Shown piece by piece: positions 1 through 15,916 of a DNA stretch of 64,000 nt (positions within the stretch are counted from its first letter, which is position 1; the number at the start of each line of letters is the position of its first letter). A program made the position numbers and the translations under genes. The notes beneath the pieces were generated by a model. It saw only the letters and a list, made by a program, of their open reading frames with translations. It ran no database searches and was not told the DNA's origin. Origin of the DNA: Octopus vulgaris (lineage: Eukaryota); contig OX597824.1 of NCBI GenBank assembly GCA_951406725.2, positions 55,242,001-55,306,000 on the forward strand. The letters are read 5' to 3'.

Positions 1-545
1 GAGGTGTACGTTGTTGCCGGCGGTGTCCATCCTGTGTCTGTTTGCTGTGGTGGTCTGGTATATAGTGGGTAGTCCCACCTGCGGGCTTGGGTTTGATGGG
101 TTTGATGAAGCCAGGTCAGCTGCTGTACAATCTTTTGTGCCATGCACAAAAAAGATTGTTGCTCAGCAGCTGCTCTTTCGACAACATCATGTTGGCTGTT
201 TGTGGCGCGCACAACATCTGCGTACCTCCGCTTTGGGGCAGGTGGTGCGTGGTCCATCCCTTTTCTTTGTGTTGATGGTTTGTCCATCTGCCTCGTGTCT
301 CTGTGGCAGGGTCCCCGATGTGCAAAGCGGCAGCCTGCACCTTCCTTTCTATGCCAGCAGGAACCTCTCAGGTAGAACATACACACCCGTGTGCGCTGTT
401 TGGTTCCATCCTTTGCGGTTCCACTTCTATTCCTGGTTGTTTCACTCTTTGGTCCTGCTTGAGCTTTTTCTTTTCCTTTAGCTCTTCCAGTCCTTCTTTT
501 AGTTCTTCTTCCTCCCTCTACCTCTTCACCGGGTTCTCCGTCTCC
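1..545 (-). mobile_element. Open reading frame fragment with CCCH zinc finger, probably LINE ORF1 (runs off window edge)
   Basis: Manual translation of the minus strand gives a stop-free frame: ...[28 protein letters not shown]...KRRYADVVR... It is absent from the ORF track because there is no stop in the window. The 5' end abuts a TA microsatellite. Confidence 0.5.
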
Positions 546-549
546 ATAT

Positions 550-582
<33 letters not shown>

Positions 583-603
583 TATATACATATATATATA
601 TAT

Positions 604-634
<31 letters not shown>

Positions 635-638
635 TACG

Positions 639-710
<72 letters not shown>

Positions 711-715
711 TACAC
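546..715. repeat. (TA)n/(TACA) microsatellite
   Basis: Direct sequence. Confidence 0.95.
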
Positions 716-717
716 CT

Positions 718-1171
<454 letters not shown>

Positions 1172-1674
1172 ATTGATCAAAATAAAAACATGATGCCAAG
1201 GATTCAGCGGTACATATGTTTCGGGCTTTTATTAGACAGATTTATAACAATGTATAATGTATGTCTGTGGCCTTCTTCAGCCGCGCACAACAACTTCCAC
1301 AAGGACAAGTGTTACATCAAAAATTCTTGGTTGGGGATGCAAATCCTCTCATTCGCGTACGACATAATGCGGCAACAGCATAGAATTGAAGCGTCCATCT
1401 CTTTCTTCTCTCAATGTAGAATGATTCTACATTCAGAGAAGAAAGAGATGGATGCTTCAATTCTATGCTGTTGCCGCATTATGTCATACGCGAATGAGAG
1501 GATTTGCATCCCCAACCAAGAATTTTTGATGTAACACATGTCCTTGTGGAAGTTGTTGTGCGCGGCTGAAGAAGGCCACAGACATACATTATGCATTGTT
1601 ATAAATCTGTCTAATAAAAGCCCGAAACATATGTACCGCTGAATCCTTGGCATCATGTTTTTATTTTGATCAAT
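1172..1674. repeat. ~503-bp near-perfect palindrome (centre 1423), probably an inverted PLE terminal-repeat fragment
   Basis: The arms are reverse complements with few mismatches (ORFs 1190+ and 1656- give almost the same peptide). Each arm carries an HHR motif. Confidence 0.9.
1562..1639 (+). ncRNA. Type I hammerhead ribozyme motif (mirror copy 1207-1284 on minus strand)
   Basis: gcgg-CTGAAGA-aGGC...GCCc-GAAA-CATATG-TA-ccgc: stem I, intact core, palindromic stem III ACATATGT. Confidence 0.75.
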
Positions 1675-1746
1675 TTACTCCACCACCTACACCACCAAAC
1701 GGTATACACAGTTGCTTATAATTATCAAGTACTCACCCCGAATTTC

Positions 1747-2635
<889 letters not shown>

Positions 2636-4425
2636 ATGTGTTCGACGTCTTTTTGGTGTCCTGTACACATATATATATATATATATATGTATATACGTAC
2701 ATATATATATATATATATATGCATATATTTTATTAACATATTATACGACTAAACGCACGCACCCTATTAAGTAAGATTGTTCTGTTTATCAAGTTCGCCT
2801 TGATATTAACTCTCACGCGACTCTGCATCTTTCTTTCTTTCTCTCCCATTCCCTTTTTCGTCTTTTTTCCCTCACTTAACTTGTCTCTTCCTCTCTCTCT
2901 CCCCCTCACTGTTCTTCATGGTCTCCTCGCACCATTCCCCTTCTTCTCTCTCTTCCTCTTGCTCCTCCTCCCCCATTCCCGTCGTCCATCTGCGACCATA
3001 CTTCCGTCGTAACTGCTATCCTGTCCTTTCTCGCCCGCCTTCTAAGGCCTCTGGTCGACATCTTCCTCTCTCGTCGTCCACTATAATCCAGCGTTTGCAA
3101 TACTTTTTTCGTCTGGCGTTAACAGCCCTTCTTATTTTGTTCTCCTTGTCCTGTCTCTCACTGTTGTATATTTATTTTTCCACTGTTTTTATATATATAT
3201 TTTTTACTGTTTATATGTTTGTACTGTCGTTACCGTCTTGCTTTTTTTACCCCTCTGCGAAAAGATCTCAGAATTTTAATTGATTTGCTTTTCGCAGGAA
3301 GGAATTTTTCATTCGAAGTATACGTCTCGCTTTTATCCTTCGAAACGTTTAGTAGGTGAAACTTTAGCGACTGAAGAAGGGGATTTTTCGTTGTGCTTAT
3401 TGTCCTGTATCTCTCTTTTTTTTTGCCTGTCTTGTTCCTTGGTTTGTGTCTATGTTTTTCGTCTCTCTATGTGTTCGACGTCTTTTTGGTGTCCTGTACA
3501 CATATATGCGTGTATATGTACATGTAGAGGTAGGTACGTACATATATGTTTATATATATGCATATATTTTATTAACATATTATACGACTAAACGCACGCA
3601 CCCTATTAAGTAAGATTGTTCTGTTTATCAAGTTCGCCTTGATATTAACTCTCACGCGACTCTGCATCTTTCTTTCTTTCTCTCCCATTCCCTTTTTCGT
3701 CTTTTTTCCCTCACTTAACTTGTCTCTTCCTCTCTCTCTCCCCCTCACTGTTCTTCATGGTCTCCTCGCACCATTCCCCTTCTTCTCTCTCTTCCTCTTG
3801 CTCCTCCTCCCCCATTCCCGTCGTCCATCTGCGACGTTACTTCCGTCGTAACTGCTATCCTGTCCTTTCTCGCCCGCCTTCTAAGGCCACTGGTCGACAT
3901 CTTCCTCTCTCGTCGTCCACTATAATCCAGCGTTTGCAATACTTTTTTCGTCTGGCGTTAACAGCCCTTCTTATCTTGTTCTCCTTGTCCTGTCTCTCAC
4001 TGTTATATATTTATTTTTCCACTGTTTATATATATATTTTTTACTGTTTATATGTTTGTACTGTCGTTACCGTCTTGCTTTTTTTACCCCTCTGCGAAAA
4101 GATCTCAGAATTTTAATTGATTTGCTTTTCGCAGGAAGGAATTTTTCATTCGAAGTATACGTCTCGCTTTTATCCTTCGAAACGTTTAGTAGATGAAACT
4201 TTAGCGACTGAAGAAGGGGATTTTTCGTTGTGCTTATTGTCCTGTATCTCTCTTTTTTTTTTTGCCTGTCTTGTTCCTTGGTTTGTGTCTATGTTTTTCG
4301 TCTCTCTATGTGTTCGACGTCTTTTTGGTGTCCTGTACACATATATGCGTGTATATGTACATGTAGAGGTAGGTACGTACATATATGTTTATATATATGC
4401 ATATATTTTATTAACATATTATACA
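2636..4425 (+). repeat. Tandem repeat of ~839-bp unit (two full copies plus partial third), pyrimidine-rich, PLE terminal-repeat-like
   Basis: Near-identical pseudo-ORFs at 2800/3639, 2918/3757 and 3280/4117; gtgttcgacgtc recurs at ~2638, 3471 and 4310. Confidence 0.9.
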
Positions 4426-4446
4426 TATATATATATATATACATAC

Positions 4447-5140
4447 AACCATCGAACAGAGATTGTCGGAAGCGACACCTACTGGCTGGCTACGCTGCAT
4501 TGAAAAGGGGCAATACTCTGAAACGCGTCTGTAGCTGCCGGTCAAGTAGTGTGGAGCGACTGACCTCCCTTGTTTGAAGGTTATATGGATACAGTTTGTG
4601 TATCAAATAGCTAACTTAAGGCGATGGCCTCATGGAGCTAATAAGCGGACAGCTTTTTTCTTATTTTTATAAGAATGCCATATTAGTATGGCAATAACTA
4701 TTATTTTCCGGGAACGCTACCGCTGTTCTCTTTTAGAGAGACTTAGTTATTTTAATATTTCTATTATTGAAAACAAGTGGATGTATTCCACCGAAACTAG
4801 GTAAATAAAACCATCGAACAGAGATTGTCGGAAGCGACACCTACTGGCTGGCTACGCTGCATTGAAAAGGGGCAATACTCTGAAACGCGTCTGTAGCTGC
4901 CGGTCAAGTAGTGTGGAGCGACTGACCTCCCTTGTTCGAAGGTTATATGGATACAGTTTGTGTATCAAATAGCTAACTTAAGGCGATGGCCTCATGGAGC
5001 TAATAAGCGGACAGCTTTTTTCTTATTTTTATAAGAATGCCATATTAGTATGGCGATAACTATTATTTTCCGGGAACGCTGCCGCTGTTCTCTTTTAGAG
5101 AGACTTAGTTATTTTAATATTTCTATTATTGAAAACAAGT
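4447..5140 (+). repeat. Tandem dimer of 362-bp unit, each with a hammerhead-like motif (retrozyme/pLTR-like)
   Basis: 4479-4549 and 4841-4911 are identical at a 362-bp offset. Confidence 0.85.
4479..4549 (+). ncRNA. Variant type I hammerhead motif (second copy 4841-4911)
   Basis: gctacg-CTGCATTGA-aa-AGGGgcaataCTCT-GAAA-CGCG-TC-tgtagc; stem I extends (ctactggctgg/ccggtcaagtag); palindromic stem III ACGCGT. Confidence 0.6.
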
Positions 5141-5667
5141 GTCCGTTGCCAGCCTCGGCTGGCCCCCGTGCCGGTGACACGTAAAAGCACCGTCCGCTCC
5201 TGGCCGTTTGCCAGCTCTGTCTGGCAACCGTGTCGGTGGCACGTAAAAGCACTATCCGTTCGCGTCCGTTACCAGCCTCAGCTGGCCCCCGTGCCGGTGA
5301 CACGTAAAAGCACCATCCGTTCGTGGCTGTTTGCCAGCTCTGCCTGGCCCCGTGTCGGTGGCACATAAAAGCACCATCCGTTCGCGTCTGTTGCCAGCAT
5401 CGCCTGGCCCCGTGCCGGTGACACGTAAAAGCACCATCCATTCGTGGCCGTTCGCCAGCTCTGTCTGGCACCTGTGCAGGTGGCACGTAAAAAACACCCA
5501 CTACACTCGCGGAGTGGTTGGCGTTAGGAAGGGCATCCAGCCGTAGAAACACTGCCAGATCTGACTGGGCCTGAGTAAGCCTTCCAGCTTCACAGACCCC
5601 AGTTGACCCGTCCAACCCATGCTAGCATGAAAAGCGGACGCTAAACGATGATGATGATGATGATGAT
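5141..5667 (+). mobile_element. RTE-LINE 3' UTR / RTE-tailed SINE-like repeat with ~60-bp internal tandem units and (GAT)n tail
   Basis: Conserved ...ttaggaagggcatccagc...ccaacccatgctagcatg...aaacgatgatgat end, shared with the RTE 3' end at 58289-58980. Confidence 0.8.
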
Positions 5668-5684
5668 ATATATATATATATGTA

Positions 5685-5745
<61 letters not shown>

Positions 5746-5983
5746 ATATGTATATATATATATAAAATCAAAATCAATCATATATATATATGTATATATA
5801 TATATATAATTGAAATTAAAACATTATTGGTGAATTAATTTCAATTATCCGCACCAACGCACGGTTGCAACACCATATGGTTGTACCTCCAACCGTGCTG
5901 TTTACTGCTGTGATTTTTGCTACTAAGGTATTGGTTAAACTTTTGATTAATCTACTACAAGATTATTCATCTTTCTATTTCAC

Positions 5984-7646
<1,663 letters not shown>

Positions 7647-8505
7647 GAACAGGAACTAATCTTCTCTCTTCGCTCTCATACGCCATTTGGTCTCAACTCT
7701 CCCCCCTCTCCACCCCCTCTCCACCCTCCTCACCTATCCTTCCCCCCCGACCCCTACTCCCCTTCCCTTCTTCCCTCTTTCTCCCTCCCTCCTCCCCTCT
7801 TCCCTCTGCTCCCTCACTCCCCTTCTCTCCCCCTCTTTCCTCCTTCCTCCCCCTCCTCTCTTCTTCCCCCCTCTCCTCCCCCTCTTCTTCCCCTCCCCTT
7901 ATCTCCCCCCCTCCCCCTCTTCTCCTCACTACACCACACGACTTTACACCTCACATCATATATGATGTGCCATACTAATACATACACCAAGTAATACATA
8001 CTAATACGTACTAATACATACTAATACATACTAATACATACACCAACCCTATACATACACACGTCCAGACCCCTCATACGCACTTATACTCTCTCATACA
8101 CACACACACACACTTATACATACTAATACGTACTAATACATACTAATACATACTAATACATACACCAACCCCATACATACGCCTGTCCAGACCTATCCTA
8201 GGGTCATTCAACCCTATTATCAACCCTATTATCTCCCCTTATTTCGCTCTCGCGTCTCATGTTTGATCTTTGACCTCTGGCCGAAATCAGATCGCCATGT
8301 TGATTCGTTAGTTACTGCACGCATTTTTTTCTCTCCTTCTTTCTGTGTTTTTTTTCTCTCTGTGTATCTTTCTGTTGAAGAGCGTATGCTCGAAACGTTA
8401 AAGACTTGTTTTATTTATATTTCCTGAGCGCCATACTAATACAATTGTTTGTTTGTTTTCCACCTGCCTTCGTCTTTTGTCTATTTTCATAAAGCTTCCC
8501 GTTAT
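7647..8505 (+). mobile_element. PLE terminal-repeat-derived element with C/T tract, (tactaataca)n repeats and minimal HHR-like motif at 8367-8404
   Basis: tcttt-CTGTTGA-aGAGCgtatGCTC-GAAA-CG-TT-aaaga; the 3' part (8420-8505) recurs inverted at 34868-34985. Confidence 0.5.
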
Positions 8506-8522
8506 ATATATATATATGTGTG

Positions 8523-8624
<102 letters not shown>

Positions 8625-8625
8625 C

Positions 8626-8656
<31 letters not shown>

Positions 8657-8657
8657 C

Positions 8658-8688
<31 letters not shown>

Positions 8689-8799
8689 CACATACATACA
8701 TATATATATATATATACACACATATATATATATACACATATATACATATATATATATACCTATACATACACATATAAATATATATATATATATATATAT

Positions 8800-9777
8800 C
8801 ACCTGTGTCGATGGCACATCAAAACACCATCTGAAGACCCGGCAAGACTAGTCAGGCCATAACCCGTGGCCCCTACCTGCGACGTAGTCAGTCCACCTGT
8901 TCATACCTTCCTTCCTTCTTGTGACACTTGTGAAGACCTGTTGAGGCAAGTGAAAATCAAATCAAATCAAATCAAAACAAATCAAAATAGATGAACATCA
9001 ATGGAATTTGTATCTTTGTGGTACCAGTGCCGGTGGCACACCAGAGAACCGTCCGAACGTGGCCGTAGCCAGTACCGCATCGACTGGCCTCCGTGCTGTG
9101 GGCACATAACAAACACCATCCGATCGTGGCCGTTCGCCAGCCTCATCTGGCACCTGTGTCGGTGGCACATAAAAACACCATCCGAGCGTGGCCGTCTGCC
9201 AGCCTCGTCTGGCACCTGTGTCGGTGGTACATAAAAAATACCATCCGAGCGTGGCCGTGCATACCTTCCTTCCTTCTTGTGACACTTGTGAAGACCTCTG
9301 AAGACCTGTTGAGGCAAGCGAAAATCAAATCAAATCAAATCAAAACAAATCAAAATAGATGAACATCAATGGAATTTGTATCTTTGTGGTACCAGTGCCG
9401 GTGGCACACAAGAAAACCATCCGAACGTGGCCGTAGCCAGTACCGCATCGACTGGCCTCTGTGCTGTGGGCACGTAACAAACACCATCCGATCGTGACCA
9501 TTCGCCAGCCTCATCTGGCACCTGTGTTGGTGGCACATAAAAACACCATCCGAGCGTGGCTGTTCGCCAGCCTCATCTGGCACCTGTGTCGGTGGCACAT
9601 AAAATCACCCACTACACTCTCGGAATGGTTGGCGTTAGGAAGGGCATCCAGCTGTAGAAACACTGCCAGATCTGACTGGCCTGGTGCAGCCTTCGGGCTC
9701 CCCAGACCCCAGTTGAACCGTCCAACCCATGCTAGCATGGAAAACGGACGCTAAATGAATGTTGATGATGATGATGA
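8800..9777 (+). mobile_element. RTE 3' UTR/SINE-like repeat with internal ~368-bp duplication and (GAT)n tail
   Basis: Same terminal motif as 5141-5667; 8900-9260 is duplicated at 9260-9600. Confidence 0.8.
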
Positions 9778-9902
9778 TATATACATATACATATATATAT
9801 ATATATATATACATATACATACATATATATATATATATATCAGATGATACCCAATCAATACTTTATTACACCATTACATAACAGCAAAGGCATTATACAA
9901 AA

Positions 9903-10288
9903 CTAGCAGTATCGCCCGGCGTTGCTCGGATTTGTAAGGGAAGTAACTATATAAGCATTTTTAGAGAGTTATAGCCCCAAAAAATCATTAAAAATGGAAA
10001 AAAAATGATGGTAAATTTTTTTTAAATCGTTGACACATCGTAGACATTTTTAGAGTTACTTCCCTTATATAATAGCGAAAAAAATGCATTAAAATGGGAA
10101 AAAATGATGGTAAATTTGTTTTAAAATCGTAGACTCATCGAAAACGCGCGCTAATACCCAGAAGGGCTCGATATGTATCACAACTATAAGATACCCGCTT
10201 TTGGTTAAACTGCACCGCAAAATGTGGGAGTAGTTAGGAATCTAAATCGTAGGAGACAGACACACAACTTCTCTTTTATATATAAAGA
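9903..10288 (-). mobile_element. Non-autonomous Helitron
   Basis: On minus: 5'-TC(tttatatataaaag)... 3' hairpin ccgagcaacgccggg then CTAG, inserted between A and T; interrupts the left PLE terminal repeat. Confidence 0.75.
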
Positions 10289-10366
10289 TATATTGTAAAT
10301 ATAATTAGACAAGGAAATAGAAATATAAAATATAAAATATAAAATATAATATATAATTATATCATA

Positions 10367-10477
10367 TCTGACAGCTGTTTTGGCCGTGAGGACAAGTATG
10401 CCTCATTTAACCTATAAGCTATATAAGGCAGGTATAAATGAGACATTAACAAGGATGTCCCACGGCCTCTTCAGAGA
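10367..10477 (-). ncRNA. Type I HHR motif in left PLE terminal repeat (GAAA mutated to AAAA)
   Basis: tct-CTGAAGA-ggccgtggg...ctcacggcc-AAAA-CAGCTG-TC-aga. Confidence 0.65.
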
Positions 10478-10815
10478 ATTTAATTTATTATAAGTGTGAA
10501 AAAATTTTTTTTACATATAAATATAAAAATATAAAATATAAAAATGTGTGCATAGACACTCATAATACTACACATATATATATATACTCATTAATACAAT
10601 AATACAAAATAAACAAAATATATCAATATACATTAACAAACACAGTTATTCTACATATTGGACTTGTAGTTCCATAACTAACCTCAAGGAAAATACATGC
10701 ACACTCACATTTATATTTAAATCAGACATATACATAAAAATTAATAAAAAAAATAAAAAAACACACAGTTCAGTTCATAAAAACCCTACAAAAGTCAATA
10801 AAAATTACTATTAAT

Positions 10816-10868
<53 letters not shown>

Positions 10869-10899
10869 CAACCATGACTGTACCAAGTACATCAATCGG

Positions 10900-10930
<31 letters not shown>

Positions 10931-10936
10931 TGTATA

Positions 10937-10977
<41 letters not shown>

Positions 10978-11256
10978 TGGCTAAACTGGCAAAATGACCA
11001 TTCCAAAATATAACAATATATATATATATGTATATTTATATATATATATATGTTTTGTTGGGTACCTATCTAGCAGTATATTGGATATATATTATCCCAT
11101 GGTGGGTTGAATTTTAAACCCCTATCTCATTTTATAACCTAAATTTATCTTTTGAGGAACCTGAATTGCTCATACTGGTGTAATATAAGCATCCATTTAT
11201 TGATTTAAATATTAATAGTGCATGTGAATACACCCTAGCGTAGTATATTTGTTCCT

Positions 11257-14119
11257 TTGATCATTACTGCTAGAAGAATGGAGAAAATACTGATCAATTC
11301 ATCAATGAAGGATGTACCTATCCCTACCAAAGACCATTACACTAAAGAACTAATTTATAGAATTAATGAATTCATCCACAGGATCAGATGGAGGATTTTC
11401 CACCATGAGAACTATAATAATAAAATAAACCAACAACACACTGGGGAAACGATCCGTAATGGAATTGGAAGTACCTATGAAGAAATATTAAAACTAACAG
11501 GCACTACATTTAAATCTAGGAAGTCTCCTCCACCAAATATACATCTAGACAATTTTGAACAAGAACTATGGGAGACTGTAAAAAACAAAATTTAGAAATC
11601 ATCCTTTAAGATATAACCCGCACCAAAGAGAATTGAAAGACTTAATTAGAACTCTCAAAGGTAAGAGCGGCATTCTAACACATTCTGACAAAACCAACAA
11701 CATCTACAACATTGACATTACTGCATATCATGATCTTCTACACAAGGAAATAACCAAGAAATACAAAGTAGTACCTTCTAGTACACTTAGAAAACTGAAC
11801 CTGGAGATCAGAGAAATCATATTTGACTACTACCTAGAAGAAAAAACGGAACCCTACACCCCATCTAGACCGAGAATTACACTAAAGGATCATAAAGAGA
11901 ATTTTCTTGGAAACGCACAGGTCAGATTAATTTGCCCCACTAAATCTGACTTAGGCAGACTAAGCAAACTCATTCTAGATAAATATCTACCCACCATCCG
12001 CAATAAAATCAAACTAAACCTTTGGAAGAATACTCAGGGTGCTTTGGATTGGTTTTCTGCCATTAAGGTCTGTGACAGTAACAACTTTAGCTATAATAGA
12101 AATAAATTTATACAATTCGATATACAGAATTATTACACTTCCATTAACCCTATTATATTAAATAAGTCCTTAATTTTTGCTAGAAAACACACTAAATTAA
12201 GTATGGGGGAGATTAAGGTTATACTAACAGCCAGGAAAACTTTAATAGAGTTTGATAATAAACTTTGGGCTAGAAAGGACACACCCAACTTGTTCGATAT
12301 CACAATGGGATCGCCGGACTCAGCGGAGGTGACTGATCTAGTTGGGATGTATCTATTAGATAACTTTAGTAGGGAATTCCCTGAATTAAAAGGTGGATTA
12401 TACAGGGATGGCGCCTTATTTTGTGTTAGGAATACATCAAATAGGAGATTAGATCTTCTGAAAAAAAGAATAAATAAATTTTTTAAAAGTTTCGGCCTAT
12501 CCATTATCATTGAAAGTGAAAATTATTCTGCTAATTATTTAGATGTTAATTGTAACATTACTAATGGTTTACATGAACCCTATATTAAACCTAATTCTAA
12601 CCTAATATACATTAACCGTTCAAGTAATCACCCCCTCAAATTAAAAATGCACTAGTGCGTAGCATTAGTCAGAGACTTTCTAGTTTATCCTCAAACGAGG
12701 AAATTTTTAACAAACACTGTGATAGATACAATGCAGCATTGCTTAAGGCAGGATATAAAAGTAAGATTTGGTTTATACCTAAGGGGAACCCTCCTAATGG
12801 AGGTAGAACTATCAGGAACAACACAAATAGATTTAGGATAATCAACAATATACATAAGAATAGTAAAAATAGAATATATGATAACACCTATAATAAATGT
12901 AGAAGTGATGTTAACCTTGGAAAGGTGAACGGTAGCTCAAATAGATCTAAACATACGGGTAATAGTAGTAATATTAATAATAATATACGAATTAAAACTT
13001 ATGGTAGACATGATAATGGTAAAGTTTACTTGCGCAATAACCATGGTAATATTGATATAGATAGATATAACAATGACAGTGGTAAGAATAGTAATCCTAT
13101 GAGTTGGTCTACGAATAGGATTTTTACAAATAACATTAATTCTATAGGCAATCCTAATTCTGATAAGGATATTCTTTGGTTGATTATCCCATATGCAATG
13201 CAGATTAAAACAAACATAGTGAGAGCTTTGCATAATGTTATTTTTAGGCATTTTGGTAAGGATAAGAATAAATTTAGTCCTTTAATTAACAACGGTACTG
13301 TTAGAGTGGGATTATAGCATTACTCATAATCTTGCCACCATTATCTCCTCTTTTAATAACAAGAAACTGGATCACTTCTATAAGGATAGAAAATTGAATT
13401 TAGACCAGGAAAACTTGCCCCTCTTCATTAATAATAGGAATAGAAACTTTCTTGGAACGAATGGGAACAACCTCCTTACTAATAATGAGTGCACCGTACC
13501 TGTCAGAGATAATATAAATGTAATAGATCATACTACTACTACCAATACTAGTACTAGTGATAGGAATATAGCCGATAATGTGAAATTAACTCATTCGTTG
13601 ATCTTGGGTTTGGATGATGATAACAATTGTAACACTTATAATGTGAATAGTAGTATAGGGGTGGTGTCCAATCTTAGATTTCCTCATTCTGTTAATCTTT
13701 GTAATTGCAGAAATAAAAATAAATGTGTATTTGGTAATCAATGCCTCAGGAAGGAGGTAGTTTACCAATGCACTGTAGATACACAATTGAGTAGTAGGGT
13801 GTATATCGGGGCAACTATGAATAGCATAAAACAAAGATGGAATTATCACAGATATACTTTTAGGAATAAAAATAGAATGTACTCTACAGGGCTAAGTGCA
13901 TACATTTGGGAACTTAAAAGTAAGAACTTAGATTTTAGATTAAACTGGAAAATACTAACTTCAGCACCTGTGTATAATGGAAAAAATAAAAAATGTTCTC
14001 TATGTATTAATGAAATTTTCTTCATTATTAAAGCGAGTCGGCAAATTATTAACAACATTAATGAAAAAAACTTCTTTTGTATTCATAGGCTACCGTTCAC
14101 CTTTTCTAGATTCAAATAG
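11257..14119 (+). pseudogene. Disrupted PLE RT/GIY-YIG ORF
   Basis: Four ORF pieces with frameshifts/stops; the catalytic YRDD is now YRDG. Confidence 0.85.
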
Positions 14120-15830
14120 AACTTAGCACTTCCACTATTATTAATTTTTTAATTCCCTTCTTTAACTAAATATACCTGTGGTCTTCTATAATTCTAAAGT
14201 ATACAATTTATAAATTTTATAATTTTATAATTTTTATAGCTACATTTGTATAATAATTAATGGATGTGTCTAGTATTATTGGTTTCTTGTTTTTTGTATG
14301 TGGGTTTTTGTTTGTTTTTTAAGAGAAATGCAATATGACATAAAATAACATATTCATTTTGGTATTTGCCTTGTAATGTGTGATTTTTGAAGTTTTCCAA
14401 TTTTGCATAGTATATTGCATAGTATATATATATATCTTGGTTAGATACCTAGCTCTGGATAATGTAATGATATTGTATAATATGTAATATATGAGAGCCT
14501 TTTGTGAGTTTGGTGGGTTTAGGTTGAGATTATAGGTGTTTTGTATGTGTTTATTTGGAAGGTTTTTATTGTATATTTGGTCTTTTTTGTACTCACCTTA
14601 ATTTGTATCTTATGCTATTCACTGATAAACCTTTTTCATTTTTTTCATTTTCTCATTTACATGCATTTTGCTTTATAATTATTACCAGCCTTATATATTT
14701 AGTTTATATCTATAGTCCTCTGGATCTGTACTTTAAACTATCCTTCCATACATATTTACTTTCAACAATATAACATATATATTCACTTTATTTATTTTTT
14801 ATTTATTTTCCATTTTATTGTAATGTTATCAATCTTTGCATCTAGTCTTCTATTTATTTATTTATTTGCCTATTTAAGTGTAGATGTTTACATACATATC
14901 AAGTCATCTAATTTGTTACCTATTTATTTTTTTACTTATTTACTTATACTGGGGTAGTTTTATACATACATATCTATCATTTATTTTTATTTAATTTTAA
15001 TAATATATGAATACATATATACTGGTTTGTAATTATAATTATGTGTATAACCGTATTTATTCCTTCGTATTTATTCCTTCTTATTTATTTTATCACTTTT
15101 CATCTTAAGTCTTTATAATATAAAATTTATTTAAAATTTCTGTGATGTTCTCATAAGCGTTTACATTAGTACTTCCCCTTCTATTTTTTAATGCCTAAAC
15201 TGGTATATTATGGCACTATATTTATTAAGTTAATAAGTGACTTATTTATAATATTTAAATTAATATATATTTTATATTTTATATTTTATAATTTAGCGTA
15301 CTTAAAATCATAACTAACTTACGATAAATATAACAACCGTATGTTTACTCTGCAACAAACCGGTGTTATAAATTTTAAGTTACCCATGAAATAATTATCT
15401 GACTTAGTAACATACTGATATTTAAAAATATATTTATTCTAAATTAAATATTTTATGGAATGCATGGATGGTTCTTTTTTGTTATTGAGGCACAGTTATA
15501 ATTTTGAAGGACTAAATGGTAGCATAATTGCTTCCCTTTTTTGTTTATCTAAGTGCTAGTTGTTGCTTGTGATTATGTATGTGTATAAGTGTATGTATAT
15601 ACATATAACTATGTGTGTATGTGCGATTGATCTGTAGATGCGTGTGTGAATATTGGCGTTCCCTGACTAACCAACCGTATAATTTTCTTTTGTGATTTAA
15701 ATTTCAAACCAATAGCCAATCGAATTAATCTAAATTTTCTTTACCTAGTGGTCAGCATTTCTTAACTCATAGTTATTTCGATCTTGAAAGGATGGACTTG
15801 GTGCTAACTTAACTGTATCTATTTTTATTA

Positions 15831-15916
<86 letters not shown>

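Noticed and set aside
5141-5490. ~60-bp repeats with semi-variable segments resembling a CRISPR array
   Set aside because: The spacers are related to each other, no cas genes are present, and this is an RTE/SINE 3' UTR minisatellite in eukaryotic DNA
7687-7999. Pro/Ser/Leu- or Gly/Glu/Arg-rich ORFs
   Set aside because: Low-complexity C/T tract
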